The notes beneath the pieces are model-generated. The model saw only the letters and a list, made by a program, of their open reading frames with translations, searched no databases and had not been told where the DNA came from. From a virus (lineage: Duplodnaviria > Caudoviricetes), in IMG/VR virus record IMGVR_UViG_3300046789_000068, positions 1 through 44,880 of that record: a stretch of 44,880 nucleotides of DNA; one strand, given 5' to 3'. Made by a program: the position numbers and the translations under genes. Every line of letters begins with the position of its first letter. The first letter of the stretch is position 1. Positions 19,109-27,387 of this stretch are shown in pieces.

Positions 19109-21109
19109 ATGAGTTTTCTAGATGGCATATTTCAAGGCGGCACGATTGCCACCGATCTAGCCACCACCGATCTACCTGTCAACGTATCCGGCGCCCCGGG
19201 GCCTAACCCGGGGGATGTACTCACCGCGGTGGACGGGGAAAACGCGCGCTGGGCTCCGCCTAGCGGCGGCGGTGGCGGCGGCGGATCGGACTTGCCTACT
19301 GATGCGCTATACGGGCAATCACTCACGGCCCAGAGCGGCGGCCTAACTCCCCCGTTCAATCCAACATGGGCGAGCGTCGCGCTTGTGTTCGGTGGCGTAG
19401 ACACGCCACCGTTCACGAATCAATGGGTGGCGTGGACCCAAGGCGGCGCTATCGGGTTACCCGCCGCGGCCCCGGGTGTGGGCGCCGGGATCTTCACCAC
19501 GACAGACCTGAATGTGTCGTGTTCGGGCGATGCCAGCATATTTTACAACGGTGTTATGACACCCGGCGGAGGAGATTCTTTCGTACTGATTCCAGCCAAC
19601 ACGTATATTGAATGGTTCTTAGTCGACTTTGACGACACAAGCGTATGGGTCCCGCGTGGGAGCTCAAGTCCCGGCGGCGGTGCCGGCGACGGGAGCTGGC
19701 TCACGTACTCGACCGCCAACCAGCCGGGGTTAGGTGAATGGGTGTTTATGGGCGAATCGCCCATATCGCTGCCGGACATTACAGCGGAAGGCCAACACGT
19801 TGGTTTCTACGTGGGCGCGGATTTTGGGCCGGCGCTGATTAGCAGCAATGACAGCTTGCTGTTAGGCCGTAATCTTTACAACGGCGGGTCGAACGTGCCT
19901 ATCAGTCCCGGCGGCTGGTATGAGTTCGTTTCGTTCAATCACGGTGAGGATTTTAGATGGCTTTCGATCGCTACGGGCGACGCAGCAAAACCGCCACTTG
20001 AACCAGCGGCCAACGCGGCAGTGCGGCCGGCCTACCCTAACATGTGGTCGCTAGGTAGCAATGACACGGCTATCCCACTACCCTACAACCCGTTAGACGG
20101 TGACTCGTATGGAGTCTATGCGGATGTAGCTTGCGCGGTGTTCTGCTTCGATCCGGGTGCGGACATTGAATCACCGGACCTATCGCAAACGGTTTCGCCT
20201 CCTGATTCCATCGCACTAACAGCTGGCAGTTATTACGAGTGGATTTACACCGCGGGTGACAACACGTGGCATCCGCGGCAAAACACGCGGATGCCTTTGC
20301 CCGATGGGATTTTAGCGGGCAACGGACTCACGCGCACCGGAAAGACGTTGAATGTTGTTGCGAATGCCGATGCGTCGATTGTTGTCAATGCCGACGATAT
20401 CAAAGTGGGCGTATTAGCCACGGATGCACAGCACGGCACGCGTGGCGGCGGGACTTTGCATGCGGTTGCGAGCGGTAGCGCGAACGGCTTCATGTCGATC
20501 GCCCACTTTACGACGTTGACGGGGCTTGCGGGCGGTGCATCGGCGCTAAAAACTACGGGTGCAGCCGTTGATGTGAGCGCATCCGCTCCGCCTTCTGTGG
20601 GCAAGATACTAGTCGCAACCGATGCGACACATGCCACTTGGCAAGCGCCAGCAAGCGGCGCGCAAATCGAAACTAAAATGTTTTCGGCGGATTCATCCGC
20701 AGGGGGGAACACTTCGCTCAATGCGCTCGGTTTCAACGTTGCGGCCTTTGAGACCGTAATCTTGGAGTGGTGGATCTATAACCATAGCAGTGGTGCGGCT
20801 ACGCCTATCGTCGATATCCAAGGGGATTTCGTAAACACCGTAACCCGCTGTAATATATACGCGCAGTGGACAACCGGCGCGACGACCATCAGCACGGCCA
20901 CGCTCGTTGTCACAACGCTACAGGGAACGCACTTCGTCATCACAGCCAACACCCCCTCAGGTCTAGACTCAGTTTGTACAGTCACCATGACAATCACGAA
21001 CGGGGCGACAGCCGCTTTCATACGTCCGTTTTTCGAACGCACCGGTGGGCCGGCTTTCGTAAGGGGCGGTTCGTGGGGCCGTTGCACGCGTGGCGCGGTT
21101 ATTTCGTAA
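19109..21109 (+). CDS. tail fibre / receptor-binding protein
   Basis: Gly-linked modular protein with three similar internal domains; AGNGLTRTG fibre motif; composition differs from the rest of the genome. Confidence 0.65.
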   Translation: MSFLDGIFQGGTIATDLATTDLPVNVSGAPGPNPGDVLTAVDGENARWAPPSGGGGGGGSDLPTDALYGQSLTAQSGGLTPPFNPTWASVALVFGGVDTPPFTNQWVAWTQGGAIGLPAAAPGVGAGIFTTTDLNVSCSGDASIFYNGVMTPGGGDSFVLIPANTYIEWFLVDFDDTSVWVPRGSSSPGGGAGDGSWLTYSTANQPGLGEWVFMGESPISLPDITAEGQHVGFYVGADFGPALISSNDSLLLGRNLYNGGSNVPISPGGWYEFVSFNHGEDFRWLSIATGDAAKPPLEPAANAAVRPAYPNMWSLGSNDTAIPLPYNPLDGDSYGVYADVACAVFCFDPGADIESPDLSQTVSPPDSIALTAGSYYEWIYTAGDNTWHPRQNTRMPLPDGILAGNGLTRTGKTLNVVANADASIVVNADDIKVGVLATDAQHGTRGGGTLHAVASGSANGFMSIAHFTTLTGLAGGASALKTTGAAVDVSASAPPSVGKILVATDATHATWQAPASGAQIETKMFSADSSAGGNTSLNALGFNVAAFETVILEWWIYNHSSGAATPIVDIQGDFVNTVTRCNIYAQWTTGATTISTATLVVTTLQGTHFVITANTPSGLDSVCTVTMTITNGATAAFIRPFFERTGGPAFVRGGSWGRCTRGAVIS

Positions 21110-21115
21110 TCACAC

Positions 21116-21478
21116 ATGACAAACCAGATCAACAGCACACCCGCCGCGATTCAGTTGCGCTACGCGATCGGCGCATCCGTCGCGATCCGCATGGACGCAT
21201 CCAAACCGGACGGCACGCCGTTTGACCTATCGCCCTACACGATCACGGCGCCATTCGTTTACGACTCCACCGGCACCGCACCGACCGTCACGGGCTGGCT
21301 GGTAAACGTTGATCTCGCGACATCATCGGTACACTTGTCGCTCACCGAAGACGACACCGCGGCACTGTCCCCGCGCGGCAAGTCGGTAACGTGGCATTGG
21401 GTGGTGTGGCTCGACAACAACACGGCGCCGGAACGGATCATGTTCGCACATGGTGACTTAGGACTGTTGCAACCGTGA
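21116..21478 (+). CDS. BppU-like fibre adaptor
   Basis: DGTPFDLSPY and LSLTEDDTAAL patterns of BppU-type Ig-like adaptors. Confidence 0.55.
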   Translation: MTNQINSTPAAIQLRYAIGASVAIRMDASKPDGTPFDLSPYTITAPFVYDSTGTAPTVTGWLVNVDLATSSVHLSLTEDDTAALSPRGKSVTWHWVVWLDNNTAPERIMFAHGDLGLLQP

Positions 21479-21489
21479 GGGACTAACAC

Positions 21490-23388
21490 ATGTCGGACTG
21501 TTGCATCGTAAATGTGGTAGTGCCTGAAACACCGGTGTTTCGCGTGACGGTGTCACAAGCGGGAGCTCCGGGGCCGCAAGGGGAAGTAGGGCCGGCTGGC
21601 CCCGCCGGTGCGGACGGCGCGGCGGGTGCGGACGGACCTACCGGTGCCGCCGGACCTACCGGTGCCGCCGGACCTACCGGTGCGGACGGTGCTCCGGGGC
21701 CGGCCGGTGCGGACGGTGCTCCGGGGCCGCAAGGTCCTGCTGGTGTGGACGGTGCCCCGGGGCCGCAAGGTCCTGCTGGCCCGGCGGGTGCGGACGGTGC
21801 GGACGGTGCGGACGGATTGCCCGGCGCGGACGGCGCCGAAGGCCCACCGGGACCACAGCCGCCGCTAAGTGTTGACGGGCCGCAATTGGTACAGGCTGGC
21901 TACAACGATCCGGGCACGCGTGAAGAAGCGTCACGCTCTGATCACACGCATCAAGCTGCCGTTGCGGCGCCGAGTGCGCTGGTACCGGGTTCGACAAATT
22001 TAGAAGGTGGGCAAGGCACGCTGGCTCGCAGCGATCACCGTCACGGCTTGCCGCCGTATGGCTCGGCCGCGAATACGTTTACGCAAGGCAACGACTCACG
22101 GCTGTCAAACGATCGTATTGCATCCGGCATACGCACCGCGTCAACCGTGGTCACCGTGTCCGCGGCGGCACCGCCTAGTGCGGGGCAAACGCTCGTGGCT
22201 AGCGGGCCAAGCGCGGCGGCATGGGGAACGGATACCAGCGATCGCACCGCGTCCGGATTACGCACCGCGTCAACCGTGGTCACCGTGTCCGCGGCGGCAC
22301 CGCCAAGTGCCGGTCAGGTGTTGCAAGCAAGTGGCCCGAGTGCCGCATTTTGGGCCACGCCCGCTGGCGGTGGCGGCGGCGGCGGATTGCCGCCGCTGCG
22401 CGTGGGATACACGGTCGCGGGCACGTATTCGTATACGGTGCCGGACGGTTATGAGGTGCGAACCCTTTGGATCGCACCGGGAGCGAGTGGCGGCGGCGGC
22501 GGCTCCGGCGGCGGCGGCGGCCGCTCCAATGCAACTAGCGGTGCCGGCGGCGGCGGCGGCGGCTCCGGTGGTGCCGGGGGTTCAACCCAGCTTGTACAAG
22601 CGCCACTTGCCATCGCCGCGGGCACGGTTATCACGATCATTGTCGGCGGCGGCGGTGCCGGAGCGCCCGGTGGTGCGGCTGGTGCGGCCGGTGCAGGGGG
22701 TGGACTTCCCGCTGGATCCGGCGGCGGCGGTGGCATCTCGGAATTGCGGGACGGAGCCACTGTACTCGTATCCACCGGAAGCCCGCGCGCTGCGAATACC
22801 GGTAAGAGTGCAAGCACCGGCGGCGCGGCCGGGACCGCAACCGGCGGCACGGCTGGCGTACAAGGTGTGATCGGTGCCAACTGGCCTATCCCTAACACTG
22901 CGGCGTTTTGGACCGGTGGCACGGCCGGTGCCGGCGGAACGGGCAACGGCGGCGGCGCGACAGCTTTCACTAGGATAATCAATCAAGGGCTAGGACTTGA
23001 CGTGCATGTTACAGCACCGTCTTTTGCCCCGGCCGGTGCCACCGCCGCAAGCGGCTTCGGTGGCGGCGGGGCGGCTGGCCTTGGCGTCCCCGCCACGCCC
23101 GGTTGGGAGTCGACCAGTATACTCGGTGCATTGCCACCGTTTACAGGCCCCGGATCGGGCACCGGCGGTGCTCCGGCCAAGGGCGGTAACAGCGGCGACG
23201 CGGTGACCGCTGGCGTGGCGGGGCTTGATGGCAGCGCGGGCCAAAGCGGTTCGATGGGTCGCGGCGGCGGCGGTGGCGCAGGTGGTGCCGGTGGCGGTGC
23301 TGGCTTGACCGGTGGCGCCGGTGGCGCAGGTGGTGCCGGCGGCAAAGGTAGCGACGGCGCCGTGATACTTGAGCTGGTCCCGGTTTAG
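21490..23388 (+). CDS. collagen-like / glycine-rich tail fibre
   Basis: (Gly-X-Y)n stretch at about aa 25-123, SRSDHxH repeats, Gly-rich C-terminal domain. Confidence 0.8.
   Translation: MSDCCIVNVVVPETPVFRVTVSQAGAPGPQGEVGPAGPAGADGAAGADGPTGAAGPTGAAGPTGADGAPGPAGADGAPGPQGPAGVDGAPGPQGPAGPAGADGADGADGLPGADGAEGPPGPQPPLSVDGPQLVQAGYNDPGTREEASRSDHTHQAAVAAPSALVPGSTNLEGGQGTLARSDHRHGLPPYGSAANTFTQGNDSRLSNDRIASGIRTASTVVTVSAAAPPSAGQTLVASGPSAAAWGTDTSDRTASGLRTASTVVTVSAAAPPSAGQVLQASGPSAAFWATPAGGGGGGGLPPLRVGYTVAGTYSYTVPDGYEVRTLWIAPGASGGGGGSGGGGGRSNATSGAGGGGGGSGGAGGSTQLVQAPLAIAAGTVITIIVGGGGAGAPGGAAGAAGAGGGLPAGSGGGGGISELRDGATVLVSTGSPRAANTGKSASTGGAAGTATGGTAGVQGVIGANWPIPNTAAFWTGGTAGAGGTGNGGGATAFTRIINQGLGLDVHVTAPSFAPAGATAASGFGGGGAAGLGVPATPGWESTSILGALPPFTGPGSGTGGAPAKGGNSGDAVTAGVAGLDGSAGQSGSMGRGGGGGAGGAGGGAGLTGGAGGAGGAGGKGSDGAVILELVPV
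22132..22304 (+). repeat. intragenic direct repeat (43-codon period)
   Basis: CGCACCGCGTCAACCGTGGTCACCGTGTCCGCGGCGGCACCGCC at 22132 and 22261. Confidence 0.85.
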
Positions 23389-23396
23389 CCCCGGGC

Positions 23397-23425
23397 TTGA
23401 CGGCGCGCGCCACGCGGACCACGCT
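23397..23425 (+). promoter_or_regulatory. sigma70-like promoter preceding a short non-coding stretch
   Basis: TTGACG-N17-CACGCT. Confidence 0.45.
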
Positions 23426-23453
23426 TCGATCGATTCGCTCACCAAAGCCGGAA

Positions 23454-23489
23454 GCCGCCGGGGACTATGGTCACCCCGGCGGTTTTTTT
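23454..23489 (+). terminator. intrinsic terminator ending the structural operon
   Basis: GCCGCCGGGG/CCCCGGCGGT stem followed by T7. Confidence 0.85.
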
Positions 23490-23538
23490 CGTGTAGGGCC
23501 GGTGACATGATCGAAGCACGCGATTAGCATGCGTGCAT

Positions 23539-23886
23539 ATGTCGCGCTCCAAGCCCACCGGGATCTACTTCGATCGTGATTGCCAACCGGTCACCGCGGA
23601 GGTGTGGCGTATGCTGTTTGCGGAGTCCACCACCGTCGCCTTGGACAAGCTCCCGGAGCGCGACACGGTGGTGTGGACCGGATGGCACGGGTTAGCGCTC
23701 ATGCGTGACTCCGCCGGCCGTCCGAAGATCTTCCACACGATCGTGATGGACTTTGACGCCACCCCGCGGATCCATCCGTGGACCACGGAAGCCGAAGCCG
23801 TCACCGGGCACGCGCGGATCGTGGCCGAGCTCCGCGAATGCATCGGCCGCATATTATCGCTTGACGAAAATACTCCGCCGCGGTAA
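23539..23886 (+). CDS. small hypothetical phage protein
   Basis: Preceded by GTGACA-N17-TAGCAT (23502-23530); VWTGWHG..PKIFHT..W.TEAEA..GH resembles a common phage family; stop codon lies in the -10 box of repeat 1. Confidence 0.7.
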   Translation: MSRSKPTGIYFDRDCQPVTAEVWRMLFAESTTVALDKLPERDTVVWTGWHGLALMRDSAGRPKIFHTIVMDFDATPRIHPWTTEAEAVTGHARIVAELRECIGRILSLDENTPPR

Positions 23887-23907
23887 ACTGATATTACCCT
23901 GGGTACT
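23853..23907 (+). promoter_or_regulatory. repeat element 1 (class B)
   Basis: ATTATCGC-TTGACG-N17-TAAACT-N6-ACCCTGGGTACT. Confidence 0.85.
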
Positions 23908-23919
23908 AAACCGAAGCCG

Positions 23920-24489
23920 TCACGGCCGCGCACACGTGCCCGTTAGTGTCCGACCGTCGGACGTGAGCATGGTGCACGTGTCCCCGATCACACACTCCGG
24001 GGCTTCGTATTCCACATTGCAGTTGTAGGTGATGGAAGCCCCGGGCCCGGTTGGCACGGCCCACATGATGGAAAGATGTGTAAGCCGTGCCGCGGCACAC
24101 GTCATGTTGTAGTCACCGGCAACACAACGGATCTTGGCGCCGCCGGCCGAGCTCCCGCCCACGCCACCGGCCCCGGCCGAGCTCCCCGCCGCGGCACCAC
24201 CGGCACCGGCACCACCGGCACGTGGTAGCTCCGCCGCGGCCGAGCTCCCGCCCACGGCCCCGCCGGCCCCGGCCGAGCTCCCACCGGCCCCGCCACGGCC
24301 CGCGGGGGACTCGGCCGGACTTCCGGCGGCCACGCTCCCGCCCACGCCACCGGCCCCACCGGCCCCGGCCGAGCTCCCCGCGGCTTCCACCGTCACCGGC
24401 CCGGGGTCCGCTTCGAACGCGGGCCCGTCTTCCCCGCACGCGGTGGTGATGAACAGCGCGGCGGCGGCGGTGATCGATCGGTACTGCAT
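23920..24489 (-). CDS. lipoprotein with Gly/Ser/Ala-rich linker and Cys-rich C-terminal domain
   Basis: Signal peptide ending FITTA-C (lipobox); AGSSAGAGG repeats; six Cys in the last ~70 aa. Confidence 0.75.
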   Translation of the reverse strand: MQYRSITAAAALFITTACGEDGPAFEADPGPVTVEAAGSSAGAGGAGGVGGSVAAGSPAESPAGRGGAGGSSAGAGGAVGGSSAAAELPRAGGAGAGGAAAGSSAGAGGVGGSSAGGAKIRCVAGDYNMTCAAARLTHLSIMWAVPTGPGASITYNCNVEYEAPECVIGDTCTMLTSDGRTLTGTCARP

Positions 24490-24554
24490 ACGCGGATCGA
24501 ATCACGCGATCCGTGTGGGCGCCAAGCCCCGCCGGGCCATCCCCGGCTTAGGCT

Positions 24555-24614
24555 GTTTTCGCTTGACGAAAATACTTCGCCGCGGTAAACTGATGTTACC
24601 CTGGGTACTGGACC
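24555..24614 (+). promoter_or_regulatory. repeat element 2 (class B)
   Basis: GTTTTCGC-TTGACG-N17-TAAACT-N6-ACCCTGGGTACTGGACC. Confidence 0.85.
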
Positions 24615-24645
24615 GGGGAGTGTGGGCGGGGATAGCCTTGCACGC

Positions 24646-24912
24646 ATGCCAAACCACACGAACGCTCCCGATCACATTGAACAGTTTTTCACCTACGAAC
24701 ACCTACCAGTGGAGCTCCGCGAAGTAAGCGCGCCGTTTTCCGCCTTGGCGGACTTTGTGATCCGCACGCTCCCACGTAACCCGGAGCGCACGGTGGCGCT
24801 CCGCAAGCTACTGGAAGCCAAGGACGCGGCGGTGCGGGCCGTGGTGGCCAAGCCCATACAAGCCCCGGCGGAGTGGGACGGCGGCCGCGTCCCCACGCTG
24901 ATCGATCCGTAG
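24646..24912 (+). CDS. small helical-hairpin protein, candidate Acb2/Tad1-like nucleotide-signal sponge
   Basis: QFFTYEHLP...LPRNPERTVALRKLLEAKDAAVRA; ATG at 24646 downstream of repeat 2. Confidence 0.6.
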   Translation: MPNHTNAPDHIEQFFTYEHLPVELREVSAPFSALADFVIRTLPRNPERTVALRKLLEAKDAAVRAVVAKPIQAPAEWDGGRVPTLIDP

Positions 24913-24915
24913 CGC

Positions 24916-25137
24916 TTACATAGCCACGATCTCCCCGGTGTCCCGGTTGCGCGCACGGGCCGCCGGGGCCCCTTCGCGCCACGCGGTGACTTGGAGTGCC
25001 CACGAACGCTTCACCCCGGCCGCGGTCTTGAAGCCGTTTTGGCCGTACTGCCGCCACGTGCCGGCCAGCTCAATCTCGCAAAGCCACGGCCGCTTCGAAG
25101 TCCCCGCCGCCGCCGTCCCCGTTTTGCTTTCGTCCAT
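24916..25137 (-). CDS. small hypothetical protein, leaderless
   Basis: ATG lies 6 nt after the -10 box of repeat 3. Confidence 0.75.
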   Translation of the reverse strand: MDESKTGTAAAGTSKRPWLCEIELAGTWRQYGQNGFKTAAGVKRSWALQVTAWREGAPAARARNRDTGEIVAM

Positions 25138-25180
25138 GTTCTAAGCATGGGCCCCGGGGATATTTTCGTCAAGCGAAACT
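25138..25180 (-). promoter_or_regulatory. repeat element 3 (class A, leaderless)
   Basis: AGTTTCGC-TTGACG-N17-CATGCT-N6-ATG on the minus strand. Confidence 0.85.
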
Positions 25181-25199
25181 CCCCGATCAAACACGTCCC

Positions 25200-25242
25200 A
25201 TTTTCGCTTGACGAAAATATGGCCCCGGGCCATCATAAATAC
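25200..25242 (+). promoter_or_regulatory. repeat element 4 (class A, leaderless)
   Basis: ATTTTCGC-TTGACG-N17-CATCAT-N6-ATG; palindrome ATGGCCC-C-GGGCCAT in the spacer. Confidence 0.85.
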
Positions 25243-25512
25243 ATGAGCAAGCCACTAAACAACTTCGCCGGTTACAGCTTCGACAAACAAACCACATGCA
25301 GCAACGATAAGGTGGGCGCTATTTTCACGGCCGGTAAACACGGCGGCGCATTTTCGGGCCAGTATCGCGTCACACGCATTGAAGGTGGTTACACGTACGC
25401 TGAACCGGTCCACGCGGTGGACGTTCAGAACGCGAACGGCACGTGGTCTACGCGCTACGAAGTGGGCCACAAACCGGTCCGCGGGGTGGCGCGCCCAAGC
25501 CGGAAGCGCTGA
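25243..25512 (+). CDS. small hypothetical protein (MSKPLNNF...), leaderless
   Basis: Start re-called from promoter geometry; followed by a terminator. Confidence 0.75.
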   Translation: MSKPLNNFAGYSFDKQTTCSNDKVGAIFTAGKHGGAFSGQYRVTRIEGGYTYAEPVHAVDVQNANGTWSTRYEVGHKPVRGVARPSRKR

Positions 25513-25534
25513 ACCCCGCGCCACTGCGTCCCCA

Positions 25535-25571
25535 CGGCCCGCCGGCCACCACCGGCGGGCCGCTTTCTTTT
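25535..25571 (+). terminator. intrinsic terminator
   Basis: 11-bp stem CGGCCCGCCGG/CCGGCGGGCCG, loop CCACCA, then CTTTCTTTT. Confidence 0.8.
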
Positions 25572-25578
25572 AGGTCCC

Positions 25579-25621
25579 ATTTTCGCTTGACGAAAATATG
25601 GTCACGGGCCATTATGAACAT
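25579..25621 (+). promoter_or_regulatory. repeat element 5 (class A, leaderless)
   Basis: ATTTTCGC-TTGACG-N17-CATTAT-N6-ATG. Confidence 0.85.
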
Positions 25622-25936
25622 ATGCAGAACGTAACGAACACGGTGTGTGACTGGACGGCGGCCGAGCTCACCGCGTTTGCAAGCGCGGTCCGGATCGCGG
25701 CGGCCCGTCCGCAAACCGCCAAGTACCACGGCGAAGTGGCTTACATCGCGTCAATCAAGGCGGAGTGGTTCCGCTACTCGGACACCGAAACCTTCGCCGC
25801 CATGATGATGGCCGCTCACCAAGCCGGCTTGCTTCGTATGTGCCGCGCGGACTTGGTGGGTGCGATGGACGGCGCCATGGTGATGGCTTCCGAGATCACC
25901 TACCAGCGCGCTACCTTCCACTTTGTGGTTCTGTGA
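25622..25936 (+). CDS. small protein with RADLV..MD...SEI....ATFHFV motif (possible winged helix), leaderless
   Basis: Start re-called from promoter geometry; followed by hairpin 25944-25970. Confidence 0.75.
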   Translation: MQNVTNTVCDWTAAELTAFASAVRIAAARPQTAKYHGEVAYIASIKAEWFRYSDTETFAAMMMAAHQAGLLRMCRADLVGAMDGAMVMASEITYQRATFHFVVL

Positions 25937-25970
25937 AATACACGGGCCCCGGAAAGAAAAGCCGGGGCCC

Positions 25971-26013
25971 ATTATCGCTTGACGAAAATAGTGCCCCGGG
26001 CCACTATAAATAC
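25971..26013 (+). promoter_or_regulatory. repeat element 6 (class A, leaderless)
   Basis: ATTATCGC-TTGACG-N17-CACTAT-N6-ATG. Confidence 0.85.
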
Positions 26014-26286
26014 ATGAGCGACGCAGTAACAAAGCCGGTGTGGTTCGAAATCAAACATGACGTGTTTGGCGCCTTGATCGCCACGGGGTGGAAGTCCGGC
26101 ACGGTGGCGAGCGATCACCCCGCGGTGACGGTCCGCCGTGAGCGGTTCTGCCAAGCCCCGGCCGGCCGCGGGGACGAAGTGGTGGCCACCATGCGGGCTT
26201 GCCTGGAAGGCTACGGATACCGCGTCCGCGCGAAGCGGTACCGGAACACCCACGGGGAACGGTGGGTGATCATCACCGGGGAGTGA
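26014..26286 (+). CDS. small hypothetical protein (MSDAVTKP...), leaderless
   Basis: Start re-called from promoter geometry; followed by hairpin 26298-26326 with the same CCACCA loop as 25535. Confidence 0.75.
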   Translation: MSDAVTKPVWFEIKHDVFGALIATGWKSGTVASDHPAVTVRRERFCQAPAGRGDEVVATMRACLEGYGYRVRAKRYRNTHGERWVIITGE

Positions 26287-26326
26287 TGGAACCCCGCGGC
26301 CCCGCCGGCCACCACCGGCGGGGGCC

Positions 26327-26385
26327 ATTATCGCTTGACGAAAATCACCGCTCTGATACTGTTAGTCGTGTAGGGAGTAAGGCAA
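26327..26385 (+). promoter_or_regulatory. repeat element 7 (leadered, with RBS)
   Basis: ATTATCGC-TTGACG-N16-TACTGT, then GGGAG before ATG 26386. Confidence 0.75.
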
Positions 26386-27018
26386 ATGCAAAACAGATTC
26401 GAACGCGGTAAGGGTGTGTTTGTTTGTGGAGTGTGCGAACGCAAAACACGTGGGAGCACGGGGTCCAATGTGCACATGTGCAGCGAGTGCTACGAAGTAA
26501 GCGGCATGGAAAACGAGTGTGAGGACGGGGACACTTCGTGGGCCGATGCCAAGCAGCGCGCCTTACCTATCTTGACGGACTGTGTGCGCAAAGGCGGAAA
26601 CGAAGATCGGTTGCGCAGCGTTTACCCTTGGGCCTATGCCGCGCCCACGGCCGCGAAGTCCACCCCGCCCACGGCCGCGAAGTCCGCACGCGCTTCACTG
26701 GCCGATCGGCTTATGTCGTTTCCGGACAATGAACTGATCGGTCTTACGGCGGAATGGCAAAGGCGAACGATCCGCCGGGCCGCGCAAGTGGAGATCGATC
26801 GGCGCGCGGCCGCCGCGAAGCCCGCGCCGGCCGAAGCACCGAAGCGCGGCCGCGGCCGTCCACGGCTTGGTGGTGACGTGGCCACGCGGACCGTGGGCGT
26901 TCGTATGTCCCAAGCGGACGCGGACGCGCTGGCCGCCATTGCGGAAGCGGAAAGCACCACCGTGGCCGAGCTCCTACGGCCGGCGGTGGCGGCACTCTTG
27001 GCCCGGGGGAAGGTATGA
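26386..27018 (+). CDS. zinc finger + AT-hook + ribbon-helix-helix DNA-binding protein
   Basis: CxxC..CxxC N-terminus; KRGRGRPR; TVGVRMSQADADALAAIAEAESTTVAELLR (RHH pattern). Confidence 0.75.
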   Translation: MQNRFERGKGVFVCGVCERKTRGSTGSNVHMCSECYEVSGMENECEDGDTSWADAKQRALPILTDCVRKGGNEDRLRSVYPWAYAAPTAAKSTPPTAAKSARASLADRLMSFPDNELIGLTAEWQRRTIRRAAQVEIDRRAAAAKPAPAEAPKRGRGRPRLGGDVATRTVGVRMSQADADALAAIAEAESTTVAELLRPAVAALLARGKV

Positions 27019-27290
27019 CGCGGCTTTGTGACCGGTGCCGCCGTAAGCTTCCGGAGCTCACGCACGCGGCCATTACGGAGCGGCTCCACTGGATCGCGGA
27101 CGCGCTTGAACCGATCCCCGCCGGGGACGGGGAGCTTGAACGGGACTACGGGGCCCGCGTGGGGATCACCTACATGCACAGCATGGCCAGCGTGCGCTTG
27201 GCACTTAGGCTGCTAGCGGCGGACGTGGACGGCCGGTGTACGTTCTGTGAAACGTTCCAGCTCCCGCCGCTCCCGGCCGCCGGGACCTAG
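27015..27290 (+). CDS. small hypothetical protein with terminal CxxC pairs
   Basis: ATGA-coupled to the upstream gene; CDRC...CTFC. Confidence 0.65.
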   Translation: MTRLCDRCRRKLPELTHAAITERLHWIADALEPIPAGDGELERDYGARVGITYMHSMASVRLALRLLAADVDGRCTFCETFQLPPLPAAGT

Positions 27291-27291
27291 C

Positions 27292-27350
27292 GTCCAGTAC
27301 CCAGGGTAATATCAGTTTACGGCCCGCGGTGATTTTCGTCAAGCGATAAT
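27292..27350 (-). promoter_or_regulatory. repeat element 8 (class B)
   Basis: Minus strand ATTATCGC-TTGACG-N17-TAAACT-N6-ACCCTGGGTACTGGAC. Confidence 0.85.
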
Positions 27351-27387
27351 CACCGCGGGCCGCGTGCGTTCGCGCCCACACGCTTGG

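Noticed and set aside
22132-22304. Diversity-generating retroelement template/variable repeat pair
   Set aside because: No reverse transcriptase; the repeats are in-frame tandem protein modules without adenine-specific differences
24991-26013. Longer ORF-track starts (24991, 25598, 25765, also 24622)
   Set aside because: They translate through the promoter repeats (SLDEN-type peptides) or leader; starts 25243, 25622, 26014 and 24646 fit the conserved geometry
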